This document shows, piece by piece, positions 38,882 to 51,962 of a stretch of DNA of 64,000 nt (positions are counted from its first letter, which is position 1; every line of letters starts with the position of its first letter). The stretch is from Octopus sinensis (lineage: Eukaryota), in assembly GCF_006345805.1 (NCBI RefSeq), contig NC_043005.1, positions 68,944,001 to 69,008,000 of the forward strand, read 5' to 3'. The notes beneath the pieces are model-generated. The model saw only the letters and a program-made list of their open reading frames with translations. It was not told where the DNA came from and did no database searches. Both the position numbers and the translations under genes were made by a program.

Positions 38882-41800
38882 TGGAATTATAACATTGATA
38901 ATAATTTAACAGCAATTAGTATACGCACCCAAATAAGGATTGCTATATCTTACGGCCAGTAAACTAAATTCTCTCGGCTGTTATTACTTCTTATATCAGC
39001 CCACAGCGACTAAAATCCGAAGCTAGATCCTTGTACAATTCGGATTGTGGAGACATAGATTGGCAAAGACATATCATGTTACTGTTACTATATGCTAAAC
39101 TTCAGCATTTTATAATTATAAGGAATGCATAGTCTTCTTTTGGTTCGGCATACCACATGATTTGATGTCGCTGTACTACCATGATGAAATAGATAGTATA
39201 CATAACCATCTTACATTATGTATCTACATGTGTCATCAAAATATAATTCGAAGAAGATTTAGTTATTTTATCCAGCAGTTACTATACTTTTGTAGATTTT
39301 TCCACAGGACTGGGAGATTAATATTAGAATACTTCTCAAATAAATTGGAGACACTATTTCTGGTTTACAGAAAAATAGACAGTCCCAGTGTTTGATAGAT
39401 AAATATTTAAATAACTTTGAGAGGAAAAAACATAAGGTTGGTTTAGAACACCGGAGAATGAACGCAAAACAGTTTGGTTTTTCTATTTCTCTGTTGTTTC
39501 GCTGAAGTATAATATAAAGCATCTCTGTTTTATAATAAGAATAAGTATAATCCTTTCTCTTACATGAAATAATTTTTCCTGTTACCTGTATATACTATAA
39601 AACAGGATATCACTGACTCCATTTTATAAGTATCAATATATTGGAATTTAAAAAAAATTATTATATATGCTGTAATACTTTTGTTTTATTTATAATGTTT
39701 CACTTTCTTTTACTATTTAAGCGCTAGAAGCGAAAATAACGTATATTGCTAATATTTATAGAAATGAAAACAATATATCTAAAACATGTAGACATCTACT
39801 ACTATTGGATAAAACAAACAAATAGGAAAATTTTGCATACAAGGCTATAAATATTTATGGTTCTCGCAAAAGCTGCCGAATATGAAACAATTTCATTTAG
39901 GTTCAGAGAAACGTTTCTTTTAATCCAAATATAGGTAAAAATAAAAATAAACCTTCTATCAAAAGCGGGAATATTGGCAGTAACAACACAGTAACAACAT
40001 GCAAACAATTTTAATATTATATAGCACTGCAATAAAAGACATGCATATTGTTTGTATATTTATATTCTAAATGAAAGTTTCTCCTTTTGGATTATTCTGT
40101 GTGAAAACTAAATCATATTCTCTTCTCAGTACTTCAGCAAAATAATATTTTACGTTTCAGTTAGGATATAACCCGATTGTCGCATTGCATATTCTTGGAA
40201 AATCTTGTTAATACGAACATATATCCGTATATTCTTTCACATAAAAATGCTCTTATAACGTGCAAGCTCTACTTGTACATATACATATACACACACAAAT
40301 ACACATGCACATATTCATTTACAAATGCATGGAAAACCTTTTATTGTAATTCTTTTGTTACGTATTGGAAAAAGAAGAAAGAAAAAATTAGATAACTTAA
40401 TACTTGTTCATAATATCGTAGAGTATAATTTCTTTTTATTTAAATAGAGAGCCTACCGTCAAATGTACCAGAAATCACAAGTAGGAAATACGTACAGAGT
40501 TACATACATGAAAACATGCATCACCGATACATCATATATATATATATACAGAAATAGATGCATGCATTAAAATATGCATCACCGATACATATACATGTGT
40601 GTGTGTATGTGTGTGTGGTGGGGTATACATAAACATACACACACACTCAAACACACACATATGTTGAAAAGTAAAACAAAATATGAAAAGAAACATAGAG
40701 ATCAAAATATAAAGAACACGGTATTAATATATGTGAGATGAGGAGATGAAGTTTCGAGTTAATTCAGAAACAAATAGCAATGAAGAGATAGAAAGGAAAG
40801 CTGGTACTAGAACGAAATATGCTTGCGTGGAAATTTAAAACAAAAACTCTTTGTATGGTACACGAGGATGAATGGTAAAGATAAATAAATTACATTTTTT
40901 TTCTTTTAGGAGAACAAAAAGTATAAGCGTTTCATTCTATTTTCTAGTGTAATTGTCTTTCTTTCAGTAGGAACTCGATAGATCGCAGGAAGGAAAGGTA
41001 TTGCGCTTCGGTGTGTGTGTGTGTGCATGAGTGTGTATTCATGTAACGTTTACGCAATATTCTAAAACATTCATACGATTATGAGGTTGAATAAATTGTG
41101 GAATCGGGAAAAACTGATACACGCGTAGGCTTCTCTGAATCTAATGAATATAATCAGACTTTAAATGCAAATAAGTTGTGAGAGATTGTCAAATATGATA
41201 TACGTTGCAATAAACTGCTCAAAGTAGTAGCAATTAGTTAAACATGCTCTGTGAGAGAGTTTACGGTAAGTTAGGAAATATTTATTTGGATCATAATCTC
41301 TGAGAATTATGATTGACAAGGATGGAAATGTTGGGATGCTCAATTTATTTACTGAAGGTGATTACTTCAACATCTATTGAACCTAGAAAATGTTGAGTGT
41401 AGAGAAGTTCCGATCTTCCAAGACAGAAAATAAACTGATATGAGGCATTAAAACATATCGCAGAACACGTCTTATATATTAGAATGATATACTAAAGTTG
41501 GATTTCATCTGATAGATGTTTTAGTACATGTCCGAACCACTTCGAACACAGCATATAATTTTGGCCAATATCAAGGTAATGAAGAGGAAGAGAGAGAAAG
41601 AGAGAGAGAGAGAGAGGAAGAGAGAGAGTGTGTGAATGAGTTTTATGAAATACATACCAGACTGAATTTACTTTATATATTTTACACAGAGTCTGTGAAA
41701 GAAAACTGAAATCCCATACGAGTCGTTACACTAAAACGTCGAAACTACATCAGATGCTAATCTATTTCATGATACATTGTCAGATAATCTGTTCAAAAAG

Positions 41801-42070
41801 TCTCCATAAAATTGAACTTCATGTATGGGATCTTCAAATTGACACTTTTCTGAAACAAACTCTGTTGTTGAACAAAATGATGTAAGTAAATTGTCAAATT
41901 TACTGAGATAAGATATCAAACGATATGTAAAATATGTCGATGAATGTTCAGAGGAAAAGCATTTTTAGCAATGTTTTCGTCTGTAGTTATTATTTAGTAG
42001 GGTCTGAAATGTTGCCTAATCAGATCACTCTCGATATCAGCAGTATCTGAAATATAAAATTTAAGTCTGT

Positions 42071-42099
42071 CTACTACTACTACAACAACAACAACAACA

Positions 42100-42143
<44 letters not shown>

Positions 42144-42162
42144 ACAAGCAATAATAAAAATA

Positions 42163-42195
<33 letters not shown>

Positions 42196-42238
42196 ATAAT
42201 AATAATAATAATATAATAATAATAATAATAATAATATT
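42071..42238. repeat. Compound trinucleotide microsatellite (CTA)/(CAA)/(TAG)/(TAA)
   Basis: Direct reading. The (CTA)n and (TAG)n blocks are mutually inverted. Confidence 0.9.
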
Positions 42239-42628
42239 TCCAAAAATAACGATATTTTGTTTACGTATCAGAAGGAGCACAAAGCACATTGCAGAATAAT
42301 AAAATGAGAAAGAAGGTAAAATGAGAACGAAGGAATTCAAGTAAACGGATGTAAACGAACAATTACGATGAAATTCCTCAACAGAGGGACAGCGACCCAC
42401 GAGTAACTAAGAAACGCAAAAGAATTGGGTGAATCTGACAATCAAGTGCACCACTGCTTCCCACCTCTCTCCCATTCGTCTGCACTGCAGAATTCAGAGT
42501 CCATCGTTGACGAGAGAATATCCAAGATTCATTTGACTAAATGTTGAAAAAAATGTAAATGCAGAAATCATGTAGCAGTTAAAAATACTCTATCTTTCCC
42601 TCATAAAAATATACTTTCTTTGAATGCA

Positions 42629-43033
42629 GGCGTAGGTGTGGCTGTTTGGTAAGAAATTTGCTTCTAGACGCATGGTTTCGGGTTAAGACCCATTGCGCTG
42701 AAACTTGGGAAGGTGTCTTCCACTATAGCCTCATGCCGAACAAAGTCTTGTGAGTAGATTTGGCGCGAGGAAAACTGAAATAAGCCAGTCACATATATAT
42801 GTGTGTGCCTGTGCCTGTGTAAGCCTTTGTGTCTGTGTTTGTCTCCCCACCAACCGCTTGATAACCGGTGTTGGTGTTTTTAGCCCCAATAACTTAGCTG
42901 GTCGGCAAATTTGGCAATAACGACTGATAAAATAAGTTCAAAATATTACTAGGGACGAATCATTCGACAAAAACTTTTAAGGCGGCGCTCCAGCATGGAT
43001 GCAGTCTAATGACTGAAGCAAGAAAAGGATAAA
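42629..43033 (+). mobile_element. Diverged SINE family A
   Basis: GGCGTAGGTGTGGCTG head, GGCGCTCCAGCATGG..GACTGAAGCAAG tail. Confidence 0.8.
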
Positions 43034-43486
43034 TGATATTACAAACGCTGTGTTACGGGTGCCAGGTAACTACAAGCACACTATGAGATATACAATGTAA
43101 ACACATTGAAATATTTAGTAAATCATCGGGGATATAACGAAAAGAGTTAAAAAATAGGAGAAAAGCAAACTAATTTCTAACCTTGCAAAAAAAAATTAAA
43201 CAGATGTTTAAATGCTATCCAGTTACAAGATAAAATCAACATAATGAAAAAGTGAGAAAAACAGTGCCGAAGATAAAATCTGTAAAATTATGGCTTTTTA
43301 TGTGACGTTACACTGATGGCAAAAAAATTATAATAGATACAAAGGAAACAAATCGCAACGTTGTTTCAAAATGGCACGTCACAAGGTTTGAACAGGAAAT
43401 ATTGATGACTGTGGCAAAGAATAAACTCGAACAATTGAGAAATTTTAAGTTGTACTGAAAAAGAAAGCAATCATTTTAGAAAATAA

Positions 43487-44460
43487 GGCGGTGAGCTGGT
43501 AGAAACGTCAGTACGCCGGGCGAAATGCATGGCCGTATTTCGCCTGCCGCTACGATCTGAGTTCAAATTCCGCCGAGGTCGACTTTCCTTTCATCCTTTC
43601 GGTGTCTATAAATTAAGTACCAGTTACGCACTGAGGTCGATGTAATCGACTTAATACCTATGTCTGTCCTTGTTTGTTACCTCTATGTTTATCCCCTTGT
43701 AGGTAGTAAAAAATAGGTATTTCTTCTGCGTTACGTTCTGAGTTCGAATTCCACCGAGGTCGACTTTGTCTTTTAAATCCTTTCGGGGTCGATTAAATAA
43801 GTACCAGTTGTGTACTGGGATCGATATAATCGACTTAATCCGTTTGTATGTTCTTGTTTGTCCTCTCTGTGTTTGGCCCCTTGTGGGTAGTAAAGAAATA
43901 GGTGTTTCGTCTGCCGTTACGTTCTGAGTTCCAATTCCACCGAGGTCGACTTTGCCTTTCATACTTTCGGAGTCGATTAAATAAGTACCAGTTACGCATT
44001 TGGGCAGATGTAATCAACTTAATCCGTTTGTCTGTCCTTGTTTGTCCTCTCTATGTTTATCTCCTTGTGGTAGTAAAGAAATAGGTGTTTCGTCTGCCGT
44101 TACGTTCTGAGTTCCAATTCCACCGAGGTCGACTTTGCCTTTCATACTTTCGGAGTCGATTAAATAAGTACCAGTTACGCATTTGGGCAGATGTAATCAA
44201 CTTAATCCGTTTGTCTGTCCTTGTTTGTCCTCTCTATGTTTATCTCCTTGTGGGTAGTAAAGAAATAAGTATTTCGTCTGTCTTTGTGTTCTGAGATCCA
44301 ATTCCGCCGAGGTCGACTTTGCCTTTCATCATTTAGGAGGTCGATGAATTACGTATCAGTTGCGTAATAGGGTCGATCTAATTTTTAAATTCCAATATAT
44401 TGATACTTATCGACTGGCCCCTCCCCTAAAATTTCGGGCCTTGTACCTAGAGTAGAAAAA
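43487..44460 (+). mobile_element. SINE family B pentamer: one full unit plus four head-less units of about 183 bp
   Basis: Units restart at 43716, 43901, 44084 and 44268, all at GAAATA-(G/A)GT(A/G)TTTC. Last unit ends in a different tail (CTGGCCCCTCCCC...AGAGTAGAAAA). Confidence 0.9.
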
Positions 44461-45723
44461 ATAATGAATTAATTATAGAAAATATGGTAGTTTTGTAGAT
44501 TCCCAAGAGTAGACAAGAAACATCTACACTCTTGTTAGAGATAAAAAAATTCATACAGTGGAAATTGGCTCAGCACAATAAAACAATACGGAGTATATAT
44601 AATGTGTTTTATTTTTGTTACAATATTTACAGAGAGAACAATTTAATAGGCTGGATATTCTGAAAAAAAAAACCTCGACTAAAACAATTATCATTCGTCG
44701 AAGCATATACCAATAAAAAGATAAATACATTCTTCAATAAATGGACAATTTTTACAATGGAAATAGAGAGAAAATATGAATTTGATAGTAGAAGAAAGCA
44801 ATACTTTGTAAAAGAGACGACTTTGCAGTTATGCCATTGGAAGCGACTAAACAAACAAATCAAACAACACGAGCTGAAAATATGCAAAACCTGCAGAAAG
44901 AAACACTGCTACATGTTGCACTCATATTGCAAAGAATAATTTTTCTACCGATAGAAAATAGATTACAAAACGAAAATAATGTGCATGGAAGGGGATGATC
45001 ATACGTTTCTGATTTGAGTAAAAGAAATTAGATCAGTTTGAGTAAAAGGAGTTAGGATCAGTTAATTATGATTTTATTCAACATAATCCTCTGTCAGATT
45101 CACACACTTATAGCAGCAGTCGTTCAGTTTTACGAACTCCTGTAAAAAATACCTTTGAGTGTACTATAGTTCAACAAGATAATAGAGACGGAAATGAAAG
45201 AGCAACTGGTGATGGAATATTTCTGAAGACTAAGGTTGGTGTTACGCTCAAATCTGGTATCAAATTTTCACTAGTACACTCTCTACTTATTTCTTTGTAG
45301 AATCTCTTCTCATCTAATCTCAATACCCTATTCTACGAGGATCTCTTCATCCTTTGGTCGTATGTTACCATCTTTACTTTCGTTGCAACGAGGAGTTGTT
45401 TCAGTTCCCTCATTATCACTTCCAGTCCCTTTCATTTAATATCACACTTTCTGCCAAAACAAACAGGTCAGTAACAACATATTCTCGCCTTCAACTTAAA
45501 ATATTCTGAGATGTATAACAAATCCATTTTAATTTTTGCTGTCAAAAGATTGTATATATATACCAAAGACTATATATATACATGTAATGTGACAATTTGC
45601 GACAACCAATAATTAACGCAACCAAATTTCCAATAATATATTTGTTTTATCCTTTTCTGCCAATTTTTCCAAATATTCTCATCACACTATTGAACTTCTC
45701 TGTTACCAAACACTATATTTATA

Positions 45724-45880
45724 CATGTAATGTGACAATTTTGTATAAAAAAAACATTTTTGAATTCATAATATCCAATGTGACAATTATGTAAAAAACT
45801 TTTTTGAATGCATAATATTCAATGTGACAATTATGTAAAAAACTTTTTTGAACCCATGTTATTCAATGTTACTTTTGACA
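45724..45880. repeat. About 44-48-bp minisatellite (about 3.5 units, AATGTGACAATT anchor)
   Basis: Anchor near 45729, 45777, 45821 and a variant at 45865. Outlier copy CATGTAATGTGACAATTT at 45581-45598. Confidence 0.8.
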
Positions 45881-46312
45881 ATCTTTTACCAAAGAGTGAA
45901 ACCGGTTAAGTAAATAAACATCGTTTAAATTGCATTTTCAAACCTTTTTTCTTATATAATCCCACTCGTGCGATACCCCACAACTCAACTTTTATATATA
46001 TATATATATATATACTAAATGTTATATATTATACACATACACTCACATATATTATTATTATTATTATTTTCATTTCTATTTGGAATTGGTAATATTTCCT
46101 CGGATGCGACGAATTTTGGCTAATTGTCATTAGCACTTTCGTGTTAGTACAAGTCTCCGAATTTCATATATTAGCGTAGACAATTTAATACAGAACCGCT
46201 TCTTTAATTATCAGCAAATAATGTTGTCAAAGGAGACAAAGAATCAAGCAAAAAACAAATATCCACCCCTATTTTTTCCATGGGGTGTATATATTTGTTC
46301 ATGCCGTGGGGG

Positions 46313-46409
<97 letters not shown>

Positions 46410-46919
46410 TAAATCTTTTGTCATCAATAACGCGCAGTCTTTGTCGTTCGTTTCTATTTGATTCGCTTATGTGTGTGTGTGCGTGCACACGTATGTAAAT
46501 TACCGAATGCAATTTTGAAATACTAAAATGTCTCCATGTAAAACTGGGCTGTATACCTAATTAATTAGTTTACGTACTTACGCGTTTATGATGTGTACTT
46601 AATCGATTATAGTCCAATATGTACGTATTCGGATATAGTGCAACACATTTAATGCGTATTACTTACTCGGGTGTATTCCAGCGCTTTGTCGGCGTGGCGA
46701 GCATGTTTACAATTGTTTTACGAGTGAAGGAGGTAACACGCAGTTAAAATACATCGTTTCATTCGGAAAATAGAAATAAGTTTTGAAGAGTAATTCTTAC
46801 TCGTTTATAGTCCACCACCACGCTATCATTCATTATAGGCTCCATTTTTTTTTCTTTTTTCCCGATGTATTTGGATAGATTTCGGATGAGTGTTTCATTG
46901 TTAAATGTCCTCGATATTC

Positions 46920-46956
<37 letters not shown>

Positions 46957-47479
46957 GTTCAGTAGTTTTATTTTTATAGCGTGCTTTCACTTCACTACCG
47001 AGTGCAGCTCTGTGTGCCTTGGGTATGTGCTGTGATTTGTTGTGATGCTCTGATGGTTATTGTATGGAAAGTGTTCTGCGTAGGATGTGTGCAGTGCCTA
47101 GTAGTACAATTTTCAGTCTGTTATATGTGTTTGTAAGTCCTGGTGTTTTTGTTATGTATTTGTCTGAATATTTTTTTATCATGCCTATTGCACCTACTAT
47201 GATAGGAATTGTTTCTGTTTTCAGATTCCACATTCTAGTTACCTCTATTTCCAGGTCTTTGTATTTTGAGAGTTTCTCCATTTCTTTAAGAGACACGTTG
47301 TTATCTGCCGGTATTGATACATCAATTAGAAGCATTTTTTTCTTCATGATCTCTGACAACTATATCTGGTCTGTTGGCCTTAATTTCTCTATCTGTGTGT
47401 ATCGGCATATCCCAGAGTATGGTTGCTTTCTCGTTTTCTGTGACCTTTTCTGGTGTGTGCCTATACCATCTTTTTTCTG

Positions 47480-47480
<1 letters not shown>
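46957..47480 (-). mobile_element. 5'-truncated R4/Dong-like non-LTR element (restriction-like endonuclease C-terminus) in (TAA)n
   Basis: ILWDMPIHTDREIKANRPDIV-(frameshift)-LIDVSIPADNNVSLKEMEKLSKYKDL...IIVGAIG...LLGTAHILRR, a PD..D..K RLE signature. (ATT)n at 46921-46956 and from 47483. Confidence 0.88.
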
Positions 47481-47482
<2 letters not shown>

Positions 47483-47537
<55 letters not shown>

Positions 47538-47549
47538 TACTACTACTAC

Positions 47550-47646
<97 letters not shown>

Positions 47647-47730
47647 TTTGTTGTTGTTGTTGCTGTTGTTGGTATTATTATTATTATTATTATTATTACT
47701 ATTATTATTTTTATCATCATCATCATCATC
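47483..47730. repeat. Long (ATT)n microsatellite with ACT/GTT/ATC variants
   Basis: Direct reading. Source of the poly-I/Y/L ORFs. Confidence 0.95.
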
Positions 47731-48446
47731 GCCATAGTTTTCATAGTTTCAAAAGCCATTCAGGAATCTTAAATGATATGACGACGATGGCAGGAAAGAT
47801 TTGATGCAAAAAAAATCGTAAGTATAACGGCAAAAATGAAGCTTATTCTAGAAATGAAATAACAAAGAGTGTCATTTTACTGCGGTTGATACTAAAATTG
47901 TTGTTGATGTTGATGATGAAGTATTGACATTGATATTCGAAAATATAGATAATAATCGCCAAAGTGTTAAAAATGAAAGAAGTTAAAATATATAATTGAT
48001 AAGAGTTGTAATCATGATGAGGATGTCGAATATAAAGAGGATGATAAACAAGTAAACACCCGACATAAAATATAGAACAGGCAATAATATTAGACGAAAT
48101 AAAAATAGACTTAAGATACAATAGTACAGAATTTAGAGCATAATTCCTACCACTAATATGGATAATTATATTTCTCATACTTATTATTACATATTATTAT
48201 ATATTTCTGTCTCCGCCACAGGGTTATATTGTATAGATTCTATTCATTCAACAGACTATATTCGCATTATATATATATACATAAACATATAACATGTGTA
48301 TATATATATATTATATATATATATATATATATATCAGTATACCAACAGATATAGAGTATTGATTATTCACACATCACATATGCATACATATATACATAGA
48401 TGCATACATACATTCATATATATATATATGTATATATATATATATC

Positions 48447-48515
<69 letters not shown>

Positions 48516-48899
48516 AAGTCAGTTAATATGTTTTATAAGGCACAAACGGTAACTTAAAAATGAGAATGGGAAATTTTGTAAAATATCGCAAAAGTTATTT
48601 TAAGTAGTGTCACATGGAAGAATATACATAGGATAATAAATATTTAAAAAGAATACTTTTAATACCTACTTTACAAATGTTTCCAAATGGACATAGTATA
48701 AGTCTAAGGATATATTGCTATTTTTTCTTCATCATTTGGAATTTAAATAAATGTTGCAAATGGAAGAAAATATACTACGTTTGATATTATACGTTGCAGA
48801 AAAATCTATATCATGCATTAGACGAATAATAAAAGTAAAGCCCATGAAAAATGTATAAAGAACAATAATGATAGACTAGATACTTATATATCTGCGTGC

Positions 48900-49170
48900 A
48901 TACGACGGTTGATCAATAAGTATCTGGACTTTTGCTATAGTAATGAAGCTAAGACATGCTGAGTAAAGCAACTTGGCAGAGATTGACCATCAAGTCATCT
49001 GTACATTCGCCGTAAGCTTTAACGCTCTAGCTCACTCCCGCTTTCTACAGAAGTGCTTGGAATATATAGTGTGTGATAGTCACAATGACAGAGAAAATTG
49101 TGCAGAGAATCTGCATCAATTTTTTTTCCAAAAGCATGGAAATACTTGCTCAAAGGCCTACGCAGGCTTT
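48900..49170 (+). mobile_element. Mariner 5' fragment (TIR plus transposase N-terminus)
   Basis: TACGACGGTTGATCAATAAGT TIR-like start. MTEKIVQRICINF..QKHGNTCSKAYA. Confidence 0.7.
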
Positions 49171-49560
49171 TCAAAAAGTTCTCATCGTTCTAAACACAAT
49201 CATAGAGATCCTGTGTAACTGAAACCCAAGTGTCTTCTTTGTCAGCTGAATGTAGTTTTGGTACAAATTTGACAGACACTGAACCGAACTGTACTAATCT
49301 GCACATCCTCTGATATCACACGGATGCAATGTTTTTCCCACTTCTGATAGTTGCGGGTTTCCGAGAGCGTTCGTCAATATCGACATTCTTTCGGGCATCT
49401 TGGAAACGTCTGAACCACTTGTGTGCGGCTCATACATTACATTCCATATAATTTCTGTAACCATATAATTTCTGTAACCATATAATTTCTTAATCATGGT
49501 CAATACGACGATCGCACGCTACACACCTTCCTTCCAAGCACTGCTGTAAACAGCCGAAGT
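49170..49560 (-). mobile_element. Mariner fragment in the opposite orientation
   Basis: Minus strand: MSRTQ..WFRRFQDARKNVDIDERSRKP...KFVPKLHSADKEDTWVSVTQDLYDCV*NDENFLK. Its 5' UTR piece near 49535-49555 resembles the reverse complement of about 49018-49040. Confidence 0.75.
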
Positions 49561-50052
49561 GATCTATAACCCTTTATATACAACGCTTTGCAAGTGAGCT
49601 ACAATCATTTATATACAACAATCTGCGCCCTTTATATACAATACATAAGTACCAGCTTGAGCAAACCCGTATTACCCTTCAGCAGCTAAAAGGACCGCGG
49701 CACTTACCCAGTGTCGAGCTGTTTTGCTCATCTTTAGTGAAATCATCTGCGCACTGGAGTGATAGCTAAGATCCGCTTCTGCTAGCAATATATTGCAAAC
49801 AAAGTGGCCACTGCTGTGCCATCATCGGTCACTTATGTGGCGACTCACTTTACTGTTTAGTTTACGTTTCTACTCTATCTCTTCTTGAGATTTTATAACC
49901 ACCTATTTTGCTTGTTGCAAATCCGCGTGTTAACGTTGTGTTGTATAGAAAGTTTGCAGAGTGTGCATCAAAATCCAACTGGTGGAGAGAATCTGCTTGC
50001 GGTTAAACTAGTAGTAACATTCAACTGCCACTCTGATGTGGCAACTCGCTTT

Positions 50053-50150
<98 letters not shown>

Positions 50151-51656
50151 CTGAGAAACGGCATCCATGATGACTATGGTATATGTTACAGCCTTAATAC
50201 TTTCCACTCAGTGTTGAGTAGCATTGATAATATGGGCATTTTAACAGATGGAGCGAATCGTCATGATACAGACGACTCATTTTCAATATTCGGATAGCTT
50301 CTATTCCTCCGTATCAATAATTGTTTTCTCAACAAATAATTTTGTTTTATGCACTCCAACACAATTGACTGGTCGTCAATATATGAAGTTGTTCCTGAAA
50401 AAAATACGAAATATAACTTCGAACTTTACCAGAACACCTTTAATTCTATTACAGTTTACGAGCTTTTATATCAAATAACCTACGTATATAACTTTAAAAT
50501 ATGCGATTTACGCCATCATAAATAAACAAAGAATGTATTAATCAAGAAATTGTGGCTGCGTTGTTCGTCATCAGGGTTCAGTGCAACCCTAGGCGAGTTT
50601 CTATATATGTATTTTAATGAAATATTCGGAAGTCAAAATATATCAGTTTTCCATAGAGCTGCTCATAACAGTGCACGAGCTAACAAATGTTTGAATTTAT
50701 TTAGCGTTGGTAGTGATACCATTTTGGAGGACTAAAACACACGAATATCATAGTAAGAAATTCTCCTTTGTGTATGCGTGTACTTAGAGCACACGATATT
50801 GATTGAATAAAGTGTGTAAATAAAGTGATTGAATAAAGTATATTGATCATACTCCTATCTGCATCAAGATTACAGTTGCATTCTCCGACCTATATATAGC
50901 AAATTCCTAAAATGAATTCCAAATAAAATTTCTGTCTGACTGAAGCCTCCGAAAAGATTTCAATTATAATCGTGTCTCTTTCACAGGGATTTTGAGGCAA
51001 CACATGTAAGGTTTCTTATATAGATTAAAATCACACCTGCAAAGGGTATTTGAAAAATATAATTATCAAAATTTCATAGAATTTATACACTTATATTTAA
51101 CACGAACATCTGTGACATGTTATACAATAATGATTGCCATGTAGGTAAGTCGATACAGACTGAACACGAGAGACTTGTGTTTAGTCAATACATACGTATG
51201 ATACACAATATGCAGAAGATTCTATAGTATAAAGGCATTATATTTTGTTTAACCAATTGTTTAACAGACGTCTATTGATGTCAATATAAAAACTACGTTG
51301 TCTAACGAATGCATTAAACAATAATTAGTAAATTATTACTTGTTCCTGAGCACAAATAGAATAATTATGACATTGACCGTTACCAATGTTCACTTTTCAC
51401 TGGTGAGTGTTGAATATACATGTATCGGATAAAAATAAAATGACAGAAAGCAGTGTGATGCGCCCGAGAACTTCAAAACGAAAATTCCCCGAATATCCTC
51501 TGCGCACAAAATTATTGTTACTCTTTGTCAGGTTGCGATACATCCATCAATATATCCTTCCCTGCGTTCATTGTTCGATAGATACATACATGCAGGCATG
51601 CAGGCATGGATACATGTATACATACATACACACCCGAATATGTGCGCATGTGCTTC

Positions 51657-51694
<38 letters not shown>

Positions 51695-51705
51695 GATCAT
51701 ATGTG

Positions 51706-51716
51706 TGCAGGTACTT

Positions 51717-51750
<34 letters not shown>

Positions 51751-51761
51751 AAGTACCTGCA
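51706..51761. repeat. Perfect 56-bp palindrome TGCAGGTACTTTG-(AT)n-CAAAGTACCTGCA
   Basis: Direct reading. A further partial AGTACCTGCATATG copy at about 51781. Confidence 0.9.
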
Positions 51762-51789
51762 TATGTATATATATATATATAGTACCTGC

Positions 51790-51827
<38 letters not shown>

Positions 51828-51830
<3 letters not shown>

Positions 51831-51962
51831 AGTTTGTGATAAGAAGCTTACTTCCCAGCTACATGGCTGCGGACTCAGTCCCACTACGTGGCCACGTTAA
51901 GTTTAATGCTGTATCGTTGGCCTCATCAACCCTTGTGAGCTGATATTTAGACGGTAGCTGAC
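51828..51962 (+). mobile_element. Degraded SINE family A 5' fragment
   Basis: TAAGAAGCTTACTTCCCA..CATGG..TCAGTCCCACTACGTGGC. Confidence 0.55.

Noticed and set aside
43716-44267. Regular direct repeats of about 183 bp, superficially array- or CRISPR-like
   Set aside because: Units are SINE bodies with no unique spacers, in a eukaryotic context with no cas genes.
47064-47804. 246-aa plus-strand ORF and overlapping poly-I/L/Y ORFs
   Set aside because: Antisense of the Dong-like fragment plus (ATT)n read-through.
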